Shown piece after piece: positions 23,789 through 33,400 of a stretch of 34,790 nucleotides of DNA. The stretch is from a virus. The DNA lies in the UHGV virus genome UHGV-0385761. One strand, written 5' to 3'. The position numbers were made by a program, and so were the translations under genes. How positions within the stretch are numbered: position 1 is the first letter of the stretch; every line of letters starts with the position of its first letter. The notes under the pieces are model-generated. The model did no database searches. It was not told the origin of the DNA and saw nothing but the letters and a program-made list of their open reading frames with translations.

Positions 23789-24117
23789 TAAATTCAGACG
23801 CCACCCTGTACAGCCGGAAGTATAACCCGTCTACTCGGCTGGATGAGTGGGAACGAACCTACATCCCGGAAGTGTGGTGGTACAAAAACGAAAAGTCGCA
23901 GATCACGACAGATGGATTAAAGCAAGCAGACACCTACATCGTCAGAATCCCGGACACGAGCGTGGCTGTCAAAAAAGATGATTATCTTGTAAAAGGAGAT
24001 TGTAAGGTTGACATGCAGACCATCAAGGATTTGGATGGGCTGGATAAGACCAGAGTCACATCTGCAAACTACAATACTTTTGGCGGCAATCCGCATATTA
24101 AGGTGGTGGGAATATAA
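23782..24117 (+). CDS. Head-closure / head-tail joining protein (putative)
   Basis: Order in the morphogenesis operon. Translationally coupled start. Confidence 0.45.
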   Translation: MLINSDATLYSRKYNPSTRLDEWERTYIPEVWWYKNEKSQITTDGLKQADTYIVRIPDTSVAVKKDDYLVKGDCKVDMQTIKDLDGLDKTRVTSANYNTFGGNPHIKVVGI

Positions 24118-24518
24118 TGGCAAAAGGAAAGAAAAAATTCCAGATTGAGACGCCGAGAGGTAAGATATCAACTTACACGATTTCCAAGGGAAATTTGAAA
24201 GGAAGGACAATAGCGAGACTCGACTGGAATCCGAACTTTAGACCGAATATGGAATCTGGTTTCGCAAACGCACAGGAGTTTGTTGATTCTGAGTGCATCC
24301 GGCGTATGAACCCGGAGACTCCAAGACGGACAGGAGCACTGGTTAAGTCAGCGACTCTTGGCAGCGTGATCGGCAGTGGTGAGATCAACCAGATTGTGCC
24401 TTATGCACGTAGACAGTATTACGAGCATAAGGAAAAATCACGATGGTTTGAGCGCATGAAGAACCGGCACAGGGACTCTATCTTGAAAGGAGCGGCGAAC
24501 TATGTCAAATCTCACTGA
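24117..24518 (+). CDS. Neck/tail-attachment protein (putative)
   Basis: RBS GGTGGTGGGA. Position. Confidence 0.5.
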   Translation: MAKGKKKFQIETPRGKISTYTISKGNLKGRTIARLDWNPNFRPNMESGFANAQEFVDSECIRRMNPETPRRTGALVKSATLGSVIGSGEINQIVPYARRQYYEHKEKSRWFERMKNRHRDSILKGAANYVKSH

Positions 24519-24921
24519 CAGTGTCAGATCGTACATCCTCATGTGCCCGTTTTTAAGCGATGGGCGTGTAAATGTGGACTATATCGGAACGGATATGGGA
24601 TATTCAATCGACCCTCTTCCGTGTGATCCAATTATCCAGAGATATATGGATGGTGGAGCAAAAAAGCAGTTCCAGTTTGCATTTACAAGCCAAGAGGAAT
24701 ACGATCAGGACGCAAGGATAAATATTGAGAACAGCGGATTCTTCCAAAGTTTTGAGGAATGGCTGGAACAGCAGAGTTTTAATGGCAATCTACCGGAACT
24801 CGGAGAAAAGAAGAATCCAATATCAATCGAAACTTTAAACAGCGGCTATCTGTACGATATAAACGGCGAAAATGCCAAATATCGCATAGAGTGCCGCTTA
24901 ATCTATACACAGGAGGTATAA
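24502..24921 (+). CDS. Tail completion protein (putative)
   Basis: Position immediately before the major tail gene. Confidence 0.45.
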   Translation: MSNLTDSVRSYILMCPFLSDGRVNVDYIGTDMGYSIDPLPCDPIIQRYMDGGAKKQFQFAFTSQEEYDQDARINIENSGFFQSFEEWLEQQSFNGNLPELGEKKNPISIETLNSGYLYDINGENAKYRIECRLIYTQEV

Positions 24922-24923
24922 AT

Positions 24924-25451
24924 ATGGCAGAGAAAAAGTCTGAATTAGTTGGACGCCACAAACGGGTGGCATACATGAACACGGACGCTACCGGAAGTTC
25001 GCCAAAATTCGAACGCATGACGAATTTTACAACCATGACAAATGGAAAAAACCCGAAAGAGTATTCCAGACAGTACGTGGATGAGATCGCGGAGCGTGCA
25101 GACGTTGTGGGGTACGCGCCGGCAATTGAATATTCGTTTGACCGGTACACAAACAACCCGGTACACGAAAAAATCGCAACAATCCACGATGGCGAAAAGC
25201 TTGGAGATGACGCACATGTAGAGGTTGTAGTTGTCGATTTCTTCAAGAAAAGTGACAAGGGCGATAAGTGTTACGCTACAAAAAGAACCTATGCGGTTAT
25301 CCCGGATTCGGACGGAGACGGAACGGATGCGCTTGTGTATAGCGGATCTCTTAAATCTGTGTCCGACATCGAGGAAGGATACGTTACAGAAACTGATTTT
25401 ACAAGCAAGACGGTTACTTACACCAAAGGTGATTACGCAGCAGCTGAATGA
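24924..25451 (+). CDS. Major tail protein
   Basis: RBS AGGAGGT precedes ATG 24924. Size 175 aa. Position before the chaperone pair and TMP. Confidence 0.65.
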   Translation: MAEKKSELVGRHKRVAYMNTDATGSSPKFERMTNFTTMTNGKNPKEYSRQYVDEIAERADVVGYAPAIEYSFDRYTNNPVHEKIATIHDGEKLGDDAHVEVVVVDFFKKSDKGDKCYATKRTYAVIPDSDGDGTDALVYSGSLKSVSDIEEGYVTETDFTSKTVTYTKGDYAAAE

Positions 25452-25471
25452 AAGAAAAGGAGAGTGAGCCA

Positions 25472-25837
25472 ATGAGCCAGTGGAAATGGAATGACGTAGA
25501 GTTTGAAATCGATATGGACGATGTAGAGTTTTTGGAAAGGTATGAAAAAGTATTTGAAAACATCGAGCCGAGGGAGAAGAAGCTTGAAAAGGTTGGAAAA
25601 ATATCCGAAATAACCAGAGAATATTGTTTGCTGTTTTATGATATTTTTGACGGGATTTTCGGAGAAGGTACTTCTGAAAAACTTTTTGACGGGAAAATGA
25701 ATTTAAGAGTTTGCGAAGAGTGCTATGATTCGTTCATTGCTGTATGTGAAAAAGAAATCAATGCCGTAAACAAGAGAAGAAATTCTGTTGTTAGCAAATA
25801 TACTCCGAATAGAGCTCAGAGACGTGCAAAGAAATAA
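25472..25837 (+). CDS. Tail assembly chaperone (gpG-like)
   Basis: RBS AAAGGAGAG. Acidic protein directly upstream of the Gp15-like ORF. Confidence 0.6.
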   Translation: MSQWKWNDVEFEIDMDDVEFLERYEKVFENIEPREKKLEKVGKISEITREYCLLFYDIFDGIFGEGTSEKLFDGKMNLRVCEECYDSFIAVCEKEINAVNKRRNSVVSKYTPNRAQRRAKK

Positions 25838-25838
25838 C

Positions 25839-26411
25839 ATGAATTTTTTCTACGAAGAGTTGCCAAACACAGTAAATGTGAAAGGTGAAAACATCAAGGT
25901 TATTACGGATTTCCGTGAATACATCAGGCTTTTGGACATGTTAAAAGATCAAGAGCTTGATGCTCTTCAAAAATTCGCGATCATACAGCAATATTTTCTC
26001 GATGACATAGTCGCAGACGAAGAAGCTATAAGCGCATTGTCCTGCTTTATAACGATGGATACAAATTGCGTAGAGGTTGCGGAGACAGGTGATTGTGGGA
26101 GACCACAAGAAAAGCCGAAGAAAAATTTGTTCTCATACTCCATTGATTATCCGTATATATTATCCGGCTTTCTCAGGGATTACGGGATTGATTTAATCGA
26201 CATTAAATATATGCACTGGTGGAAATTCCGGATGCTTTTCGATGGTCTGTCTGACGATACAGAAATCAAGCAGCGAATAATGTACCGCAGCGTTGATTTA
26301 TCGGAAATCAAAGACAAAGAAGAGAGAAAACGAATTAAAAAGATCCAGAAATCAATTCAATTGCCACCTGAGAGTCTGACGGATTATGATATCGGAAACG
26401 CTTTCATGTGA
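25839..26411 (+). CDS. Tail assembly chaperone, Phage_Gp15-like (possible +1 coupling to the upstream ORF)
   Basis: The ATG lies 1 nt after the upstream TAA (AAA TAA C ATG). Its frame is open from 25775. Confidence 0.6.
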   Translation: MNFFYEELPNTVNVKGENIKVITDFREYIRLLDMLKDQELDALQKFAIIQQYFLDDIVADEEAISALSCFITMDTNCVEVAETGDCGRPQEKPKKNLFSYSIDYPYILSGFLRDYGIDLIDIKYMHWWKFRMLFDGLSDDTEIKQRIMYRSVDLSEIKDKEERKRIKKIQKSIQLPPESLTDYDIGNAFM

Positions 26412-26421
26412 GGTGATGAAG

Positions 26422-26574
26422 ATGGATAAAATAAAGAAACCGCCACTGATAAGAAAGTGGTATAGATGTCCGGTGTGCGGGTGCAAACTCTTGATTTATG
26501 ATAATGCAACTGTCTGTACCAATGTATTTATTAAGTGCCGGACATGTAAAAAAGAAGTAGAGATTAAGATTTAA
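26422..26574 (+). CDS. Zinc-ribbon mini-protein (50 aa; CPVCGC...CRTCKK)
   Basis: RBS GAGGTGA 5 nt before the ATG. It lies between the chaperone and TMP. Confidence 0.45.
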   Translation: MDKIKKPPLIRKWYRCPVCGCKLLIYDNATVCTNVFIKCRTCKKEVEIKI

Positions 26575-26625
26575 GCACTTTAAATTGAGCCATTGAGCCT
26601 GTGCTATCCATAAAGGAGGGATAGT

Positions 26626-28956
26626 ATGGGTTACGATGGCTCATTAAAATTTAATACAGAAATAAACGAATCTGGATTTAATTCAGGAATTTCCAAACTT
26701 GGCAGTGTTGCAAGTGGTGGATTGAAAGTTATTGCCGGATCAGTAGCTGGCGTTGCTGCAGCATTTGGGGCAGTGTCTAAAATGTCTCTTGATTCTGTTG
26801 CAAGCTTGGAGCAGAACATAGGCGGTGTTGAGACGCTGTTTAAAGATAGCGCGCAGACAGTGATTGATAACGCGAACAATGCGTATAAGACAGCTGGTGT
26901 ATCCGCAAATAAGTACATGGAGACTGTGACAAGCTTTTCTGCATCACTTTTACAGGGGCTTGGGAATAACACCGCAGAAGCTGCTAAAATAGCGGATATG
27001 GCAATGGTAGACATGTCTGACAATGCGAATAAATTCGGTTCCAACATGACGGATATCCAAAATGCTTATCAGGGATTCGCGAAGCAGAACTACACAATGT
27101 TGGATAACCTGAAGCTTGGATATGGTGGAACGCAGGCTGAAATGATACGCCTGATTAATGATAGCGGCATTTTGAACGAGAAAATAGAAAATCTCGACAA
27201 TGTGTCATTTGATCAGATTATTCAGGCAATCCACAAGATTCAGGAAAATATGGGTATTGCCGGAACGACAAGCGCAGAAGCATTGACTACCATAGAGGGT
27301 TCTGTGCAATCCGCAAAAGCCGCGTTTGACAACTTTTTAAATGGTTCAAGTTCCCCACAGGAGTTGGCAGACGCTGTAAAGGCTGCGGCTGAAAATATAA
27401 CAAATAATTTAATGCAGATTGTTCCAAGACTTGCAAAAGAACTCCCAGAGGTTGGAAACCTGTTGATGGACAGTCTTTCGCAGTCACTTAACTCTGGAAA
27501 ACTCGGAGAAATGATGCAGATCGGTGGACAAGTCATTTCCAACATAACAACTGGAATTATACAAGCATTGCCCGGAATTGTAACTGCATCAGCGCAGATT
27601 ATAAGCTCATTTGCACAAAATATCAGCACCAGCATACCTCAGCTATTATCATCCGGAATTCAGATCATACAGGCAATAATAAATGGGATGATGCAGGTAT
27701 TACCGTCTGTTGGCTTGCTTATAACTCAACTTATTACAACTCTATACGAGCAGATAACATCTCAGGGGCCAAGTTTGTTGCAGCAAGGCTATGAATTGTT
27801 AAGCAATCTGATTGATGGATTCGTAAAGGCAATTCCAGAAGCGTTGCCGAAAGTGCTTGATTTCATACAGGGCATTGGAGAAAAGCTCGCAGAAGCTGCA
27901 CCAGTGATGATTCAAAAAGGATTTGAGTTGTTGCAGAAATTGGTAGAAGGAATTGTGAGTGCAATACCGATATTGATTGAGCGAGTTCCGGAAATTATTT
28001 CGACATTCGCAAACATAATCAATGATAATTTCCCTACAATCCTGATGAAGGGTGCTGAATTACTTGGTCAGTTGGCGCTCGGACTTATTCAGGCAATACC
28101 GACTCTGATTGCAAATATTCCACAGATTATATCAGCTATCGTTGATACATTAATGGCGTTCCAGTGGTTGAATCTTGGTAAAACCATTATAACCGCATTA
28201 GGAAACGGAATTAAATCTATGGTTGGTTTCGTCACAGAATGCGGAAAAAGCATATTGAACGGAATCAAATCATCTGTTCAAAATTTGCCAACTTTATTGC
28301 GCGATATCGGTCGAACTGCAATGACTGGGTTTTCTAATGTGATACAAACTTCAATCGTTGCAGTAAAAAATGCCGCTTCGAATATTGTAAGTACTATCGT
28401 AAGTACAATCTCTTCCATTCCCGGACAGATGGCTTCTATCGGCAGCAATATTGTTCAGGGGCTGTGGAATGGAATATCCAACATGACGGGATGGATCATT
28501 GATAAAATAGGTGGATTCGCTGATAGTGTAGTTACAGCTATTTGTGATTTTTTTGGTATAAAATCACCGTCCAGAGTTATGCGAGATCAGGTTGGTAAGT
28601 ATCTTGCAATGGGAGTTGGCGTTGGATATGAAGAGTACATGCCGTATGAAGAAATGAAAAAAGTATCCGGTAAGGTGGTGTCGCAGTTGTCCGCATCTGT
28701 GAGTGGTGTAACGTTATCAGTGCCGGAAAGCGCTGGAAGTCAAACGTACCAGAAAAGCGTTGGAATTCAAAAAGCCAACAACAACGATGATCTAATCTAC
28801 GCAGTAGATCGATTATCCAGACTCGCAAACCGGCCGCTTGAAATTATCAATAAAATTGATTCTGTTGAGACGTCCAGAGTACTTGCGGCACCAATGGAAA
28901 AACAAATAGAAAAGAATTCGAGTTTTCGGAAGATGTTAGGAGGAGACAGAGATTGA
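26626..28956 (+). CDS. Tail tape measure protein
   Basis: 776 aa. TMP core (AGVSANKYMETVTSFSASLLQG...) with Gly/Ala/Ile-rich hydrophobic repeats. Confidence 0.9.
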   Translation: MGYDGSLKFNTEINESGFNSGISKLGSVASGGLKVIAGSVAGVAAAFGAVSKMSLDSVASLEQNIGGVETLFKDSAQTVIDNANNAYKTAGVSANKYMETVTSFSASLLQGLGNNTAEAAKIADMAMVDMSDNANKFGSNMTDIQNAYQGFAKQNYTMLDNLKLGYGGTQAEMIRLINDSGILNEKIENLDNVSFDQIIQAIHKIQENMGIAGTTSAEALTTIEGSVQSAKAAFDNFLNGSSSPQELADAVKAAAENITNNLMQIVPRLAKELPEVGNLLMDSLSQSLNSGKLGEMMQIGGQVISNITTGIIQALPGIVTASAQIISSFAQNISTSIPQLLSSGIQIIQAIINGMMQVLPSVGLLITQLITTLYEQITSQGPSLLQQGYELLSNLIDGFVKAIPEALPKVLDFIQGIGEKLAEAAPVMIQKGFELLQKLVEGIVSAIPILIERVPEIISTFANIINDNFPTILMKGAELLGQLALGLIQAIPTLIANIPQIISAIVDTLMAFQWLNLGKTIITALGNGIKSMVGFVTECGKSILNGIKSSVQNLPTLLRDIGRTAMTGFSNVIQTSIVAVKNAASNIVSTIVSTISSIPGQMASIGSNIVQGLWNGISNMTGWIIDKIGGFADSVVTAICDFFGIKSPSRVMRDQVGKYLAMGVGVGYEEYMPYEEMKKVSGKVVSQLSASVSGVTLSVPESAGSQTYQKSVGIQKANNNDDLIYAVDRLSRLANRPLEIINKIDSVETSRVLAAPMEKQIEKNSSFRKMLGGDRD

Positions 28957-30422
28957 GTTTATCTGTAAAATTCAACGATCAGGAACTCGGGCGATACTTG
29001 AGTGTATTGTCCGGGTTTTCTCCGTTTAGCGGAGTAAATAGAGAGACAGAACTTCTTGACGGAGCAGAAAGTGCAAAAGGAGAGGATTTTGGCTATATAA
29101 CATATAAATCAAAGACACTTGAAATGCCATTTGAAATTAAAGGCGATATTTTAGAAAGTTATGATGCGATTCAGAAGATCCTAAACGTCACAGAGCCGAA
29201 AAGGCTTGTGTTTGGGAATTATCCGGATCGCTATTTTTATGCTGTCCCTGACGGTAATTTTGATATAACACAGGTTGCAATGTTTGGGAAAGGCACGATC
29301 ACATGGCTCATCCCAGACGGGGTAGCATACTCCACTACAGAATTTGCATTTGACGGAGTGCAAGAAGATGGATACCAGACAATTACCATCCAAAACAACG
29401 GTACCGAGTGGACGGATGTGGACTATGAGATTACCCACAAGCACGAGAACGGCTTTATTGGATTGGTCAGCCAGTATGGAGTAATTCAGCTTGGGAAACA
29501 AGAAGAAGCGGACGGAGAGAACTACGAAGCGTCCGAAGAACTGTTTAACGGTTACAGTCTGTTTCAAGACGATCACGGTACCTCTTATCAGAACCCAGAA
29601 AACACCACACAGGGAACGCTCGAAGTCAAGAATGTTGCCGGATATAACGTCATGGCATTAAAAGGTGGACAGGCAACATACGGATACTGGAACGGTGGAA
29701 TGAAAACCCTTACTATCCCGGTGGACAGCGAGGGCAGACGTGGAGCGAAGAACTTTTACTGTTACACCCAGCACTGGTTCGAGACTGGATTGATGGGACA
29801 GACGGGAGCACAGACTATTGCGTTTCTTACAGGGAAAAATGAAGTGATCTGCTCCATGTCTATTAACAAGAGTGATGCCACAGGTAATACGGCGCGTATC
29901 GAGTGGTTTGCCCCAGGGAACACCTTGCTCAGACGGGAAGAGTTCCAGCCGACAGCCTACGAGGGCAATCCGTTTAACCTAAAAATGGGATGCCACAACG
30001 ACTTTTTAAAAGAGGGAGAAAAGCTGCGGATTTTCTGGTATGGAAGCTATATGGAGAGAAACATACCGGAAATAAAGGATATGGAATGCGAAAAAATCCA
30101 GATCTGGATCGGGCAGTGGGGAGACAGAAACCTCACAAACCAGTACGTTACACACAACTATTTAAAAAGCATCCGATTCCGGAAAGACAATGTCGATAAG
30201 TATAAGGATGTGCCGAACCGGTATCGTGCCGGAGATGTGGTGTCTATAGACGGAGAGAGTACAAAGGTCTATGTAAACGGGATGCCGGCAAAAGGAGATG
30301 AGATTAATGGATCCAATTATCCAAAAGTTCCACCGGGGACAACGGAAGTGCAGTTCTGCTACTCTTCCTTTTCCTCTCCGCCGCCACAGATTAAAGCAAA
30401 AATACGGGAGGTATATTTGTAA
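28953..30422 (+). CDS. Distal tail protein (Dit), extended
   Basis: Position after TMP. Siphovirus tail-component N-terminus. The length of 489 aa implies inserted domains. Confidence 0.75.
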   Translation: MSLSVKFNDQELGRYLSVLSGFSPFSGVNRETELLDGAESAKGEDFGYITYKSKTLEMPFEIKGDILESYDAIQKILNVTEPKRLVFGNYPDRYFYAVPDGNFDITQVAMFGKGTITWLIPDGVAYSTTEFAFDGVQEDGYQTITIQNNGTEWTDVDYEITHKHENGFIGLVSQYGVIQLGKQEEADGENYEASEELFNGYSLFQDDHGTSYQNPENTTQGTLEVKNVAGYNVMALKGGQATYGYWNGGMKTLTIPVDSEGRRGAKNFYCYTQHWFETGLMGQTGAQTIAFLTGKNEVICSMSINKSDATGNTARIEWFAPGNTLLRREEFQPTAYEGNPFNLKMGCHNDFLKEGEKLRIFWYGSYMERNIPEIKDMECEKIQIWIGQWGDRNLTNQYVTHNYLKSIRFRKDNVDKYKDVPNRYRAGDVVSIDGESTKVYVNGMPAKGDEINGSNYPKVPPGTTEVQFCYSSFSSPPPQIKAKIREVYL

Positions 30423-33400
30423 TGGATAACATCAGAATTGCGATTATAAGCACAAATAACACGCCAGTAGCGTACATGGACAACGGGCATAAAAAGTCCA
30501 TGCACTACTGGAATGATAAGCTGCACGAATACTTACAGGGTACGGCGAATGCTTACACTTTTACGGTAAATGCAAAGCATCCAGACGCACAGCATATCAA
30601 AGCTGGGAATAAGGTGGCATTTACTTACAAGGGGAAATCATACTACTTAAACATTGTAAATACCGATCAAACGGAACAGACGATTACTGCTACGGCATGG
30701 TCACTGTCGTTTGAGCTTATTAACGAGGATGCTGGAGAATACAAAGCTGGAAAAGCCATGAGTTTTGAAGAGTACCTCGCCGTCTTTGATGCTGAGAGAA
30801 CGCTTAAATTGGGACTCAATGAGGTGTCGGACAAACGGATCACCAACGAATGGACAGGTACAACGTCCGTATTAAAGAGATTATTCTCCCTGGCTAATGT
30901 CTTTTCTGCGGAGATCGAATTTGAGACAGTACTGAACAGAGACTACTCTTTAAAAGAGATTGTCCTAAATGTATATCGGAAACACTCCGATACAGACAGC
31001 GGAGTCGGAGAATACCGGAATGACATTGTACTGCGGTACGGGAAAGGAATTACCGGAATTCGAAAAACCACAGATGCCGAGAAGCTTTACACCTGCATCC
31101 AGCCGACCGGAAAGGACGGTCTGACGATCAATGGACTGGACAAAAAAGAATACGATGAGAACGGGAATATCGAGTACTTTACAGACGGTGCGATCATCCG
31201 CGCACCACAGGCAAGGGACCGGTTCCCATCCAACATCGTAAATAAGGCTGATGCTTATATCCTGATGCGTAAAGAGTACGATACAGACAGCAAGGACAAG
31301 CTGCACAGCATGGCATTATCTGACCTCAAGACCGCATCCGAGCCAGTAGTAACCTACGAGGTGGACGGATATTTTGACACCAACATCGGGGACACCGTGA
31401 GGATGCAGGATCAGGAGTGGACACCAGTGCTTTATCTACAGGCGAGAGTGTCCGAACAGGTGCGCAGTCTTACAAATCCAAAGACAGCAAAGACGGTATT
31501 TACAAACTACAAAGAGCTTACATCCGAAATTTCGGACAGCTTATTACAGAGGATGCAAGACCTTATTAATAAAAATAAGGTTTATACTTGCTCTATCTCA
31601 ACAAACAACGGCATTATTTTTAAAAATGGCATCGGTAGCACTACTCTGACCGCTTACGCTTACGATAACGGCGTGGACGTCACAGGAAATCTGGAAATCC
31701 GGTGGAGTAAAGATGGGACAGAGTTTTACGTTGGTAAGAGCGTTACGGTTAATGCAGAGGATGTGGATGTAAAAGTAGTGTACTCTTTTACGGCGTTTGA
31801 AAACGGCGTGCGTAGAGGGTATTACGAGGTTACGATCACGGATGTAATGGATGGAGAGGATGGAAAAGACGGAGAACAGGGTCCGCAAGGTGAGAAAGGA
31901 GAGCAAGGCGAACAGGGACCTCCGGGTCCACAAGGCGCTCCGGGATTGGATGGTATACAGGGTCCAAAAGGGGATCAGGGAATCCCGGGAAAAGATGGGA
32001 AGGACGGAAAAACACAGTACACCCACATTGCTTATGCAAACAGCGCAGATGGGTCTAAAGATTTTTCTGTATCCGACAGTAATCGGGAATATATCGGAAT
32101 GTATGTTGATTTTACGCAAAATGACAGCGCAGACCCGACAAAATATGCATGGAGTAAGATCAAAGGCGCAGATGGGGCGATTGGAACACCCGGAAAGCCG
32201 GGAGCTGATGGAAAGACCCCATATCTACATATCGCCTATGCAAACAGCGCAGATGGCAAGACGGGATTTTCCACCACGGATGGTACAAATAAGCTCTATA
32301 TCGGGCAGTATACAGATTATACACAGGCAGATAGTACAGATGCTGCGAAATATACATGGACAAAGATCAAAGGCGAACAGGGGGAACGTGGTCCTCAGGG
32401 AGTCCCGGGTTTGCAGGGAATACAAGGTCCTAAAGGTGAACAGGGAATACAGGGACCTCAAGGAAATACAGGTGCTACTGGACCGCAGGGACCAGCCGGA
32501 CAGTCCACCTATTTTCATATTAAGTATTCCTCAGTTGCGAATCCTACCTCAAGTAGCCAGATGACGGAAACGCCGTCTACATACATTGGTACTTACGTAG
32601 ATTTTACGCAAGCAGATAGCGAAGATCCAAAGAAATATGCCTGGTCACGCTTCCAGGGAGTGCAAGGACCACAGGGAACGCAGGGGATTCCGGGGACAAA
32701 TGGCGCAAACGGCAAGACAAGCTATCTTCACATTAAATATTCTAATGATGGAGGAAAAACGTTTACCGGAAACAGCGGAGAAGATGTGGGAACGTATATC
32801 GGTACTTGTGTGGATTACAATCAGTCCGATCCTGCAAGTGTTGGATCTTATAAGTGGGCGAAGATTAAAGGAGAACAAGGAGCTACCGGTCCACAAGGAC
32901 CTCAAGGAAATGCAGGTGCAACAGGTCCCAAGGGGCCACAAGGAGCGACTGGCCCGAAAGGACCGCAGGGGGCAACTGGTGCAACGGGACCGCAAGGGGC
33001 AACTGGAAACGGAATAAAGTCTATCACGAATTATTATCTTGCAACGGCAAGCGGAAGCGGTGTGTCGGCGTCCACATCAGGATGGACTACAACTGTACAA
33101 GCAATAACGGCGTCAAAAAAATATCTGTGGAATTATGAAGTTGTTACCTATACAAATGGTAGCACGTATCAATCAGCACCATGTATCATCGGAGCATATG
33201 GTGATAAGGGAGCGACCGGTGCTACAGGAGCAACAGGACCAAGTGGCATAATTGTATCTTCTACGGCTCCGTCAAATCCTAAAGTTGGCCAGTTATGGCA
33301 AACGGCATCCGGTCAGCCGATCAAGCGGTGGGATGGAAGTAGGTGGGTGATCCATTATATTTCTGTTGATAACTTAAACGCACAGACTTTAAGTGCGATA

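Noticed and set aside
24779-25472. Minus-strand ORFs of 159 and 175 aa inside the tail gene block
   Set aside because: They are antisense to the major tail gene, which has strong RBSs. They have no RBS and show skewed composition.
31598-32995. Several minus-strand and alternate-frame ORFs (173, 237, 116, 126 aa) in the Tal repeat region
   Set aside because: They arise from the periodic GXY and tandem-repeat coding sequence, which keeps all frames open. The + frame of the 1212-aa Tal is continuous and well supported.
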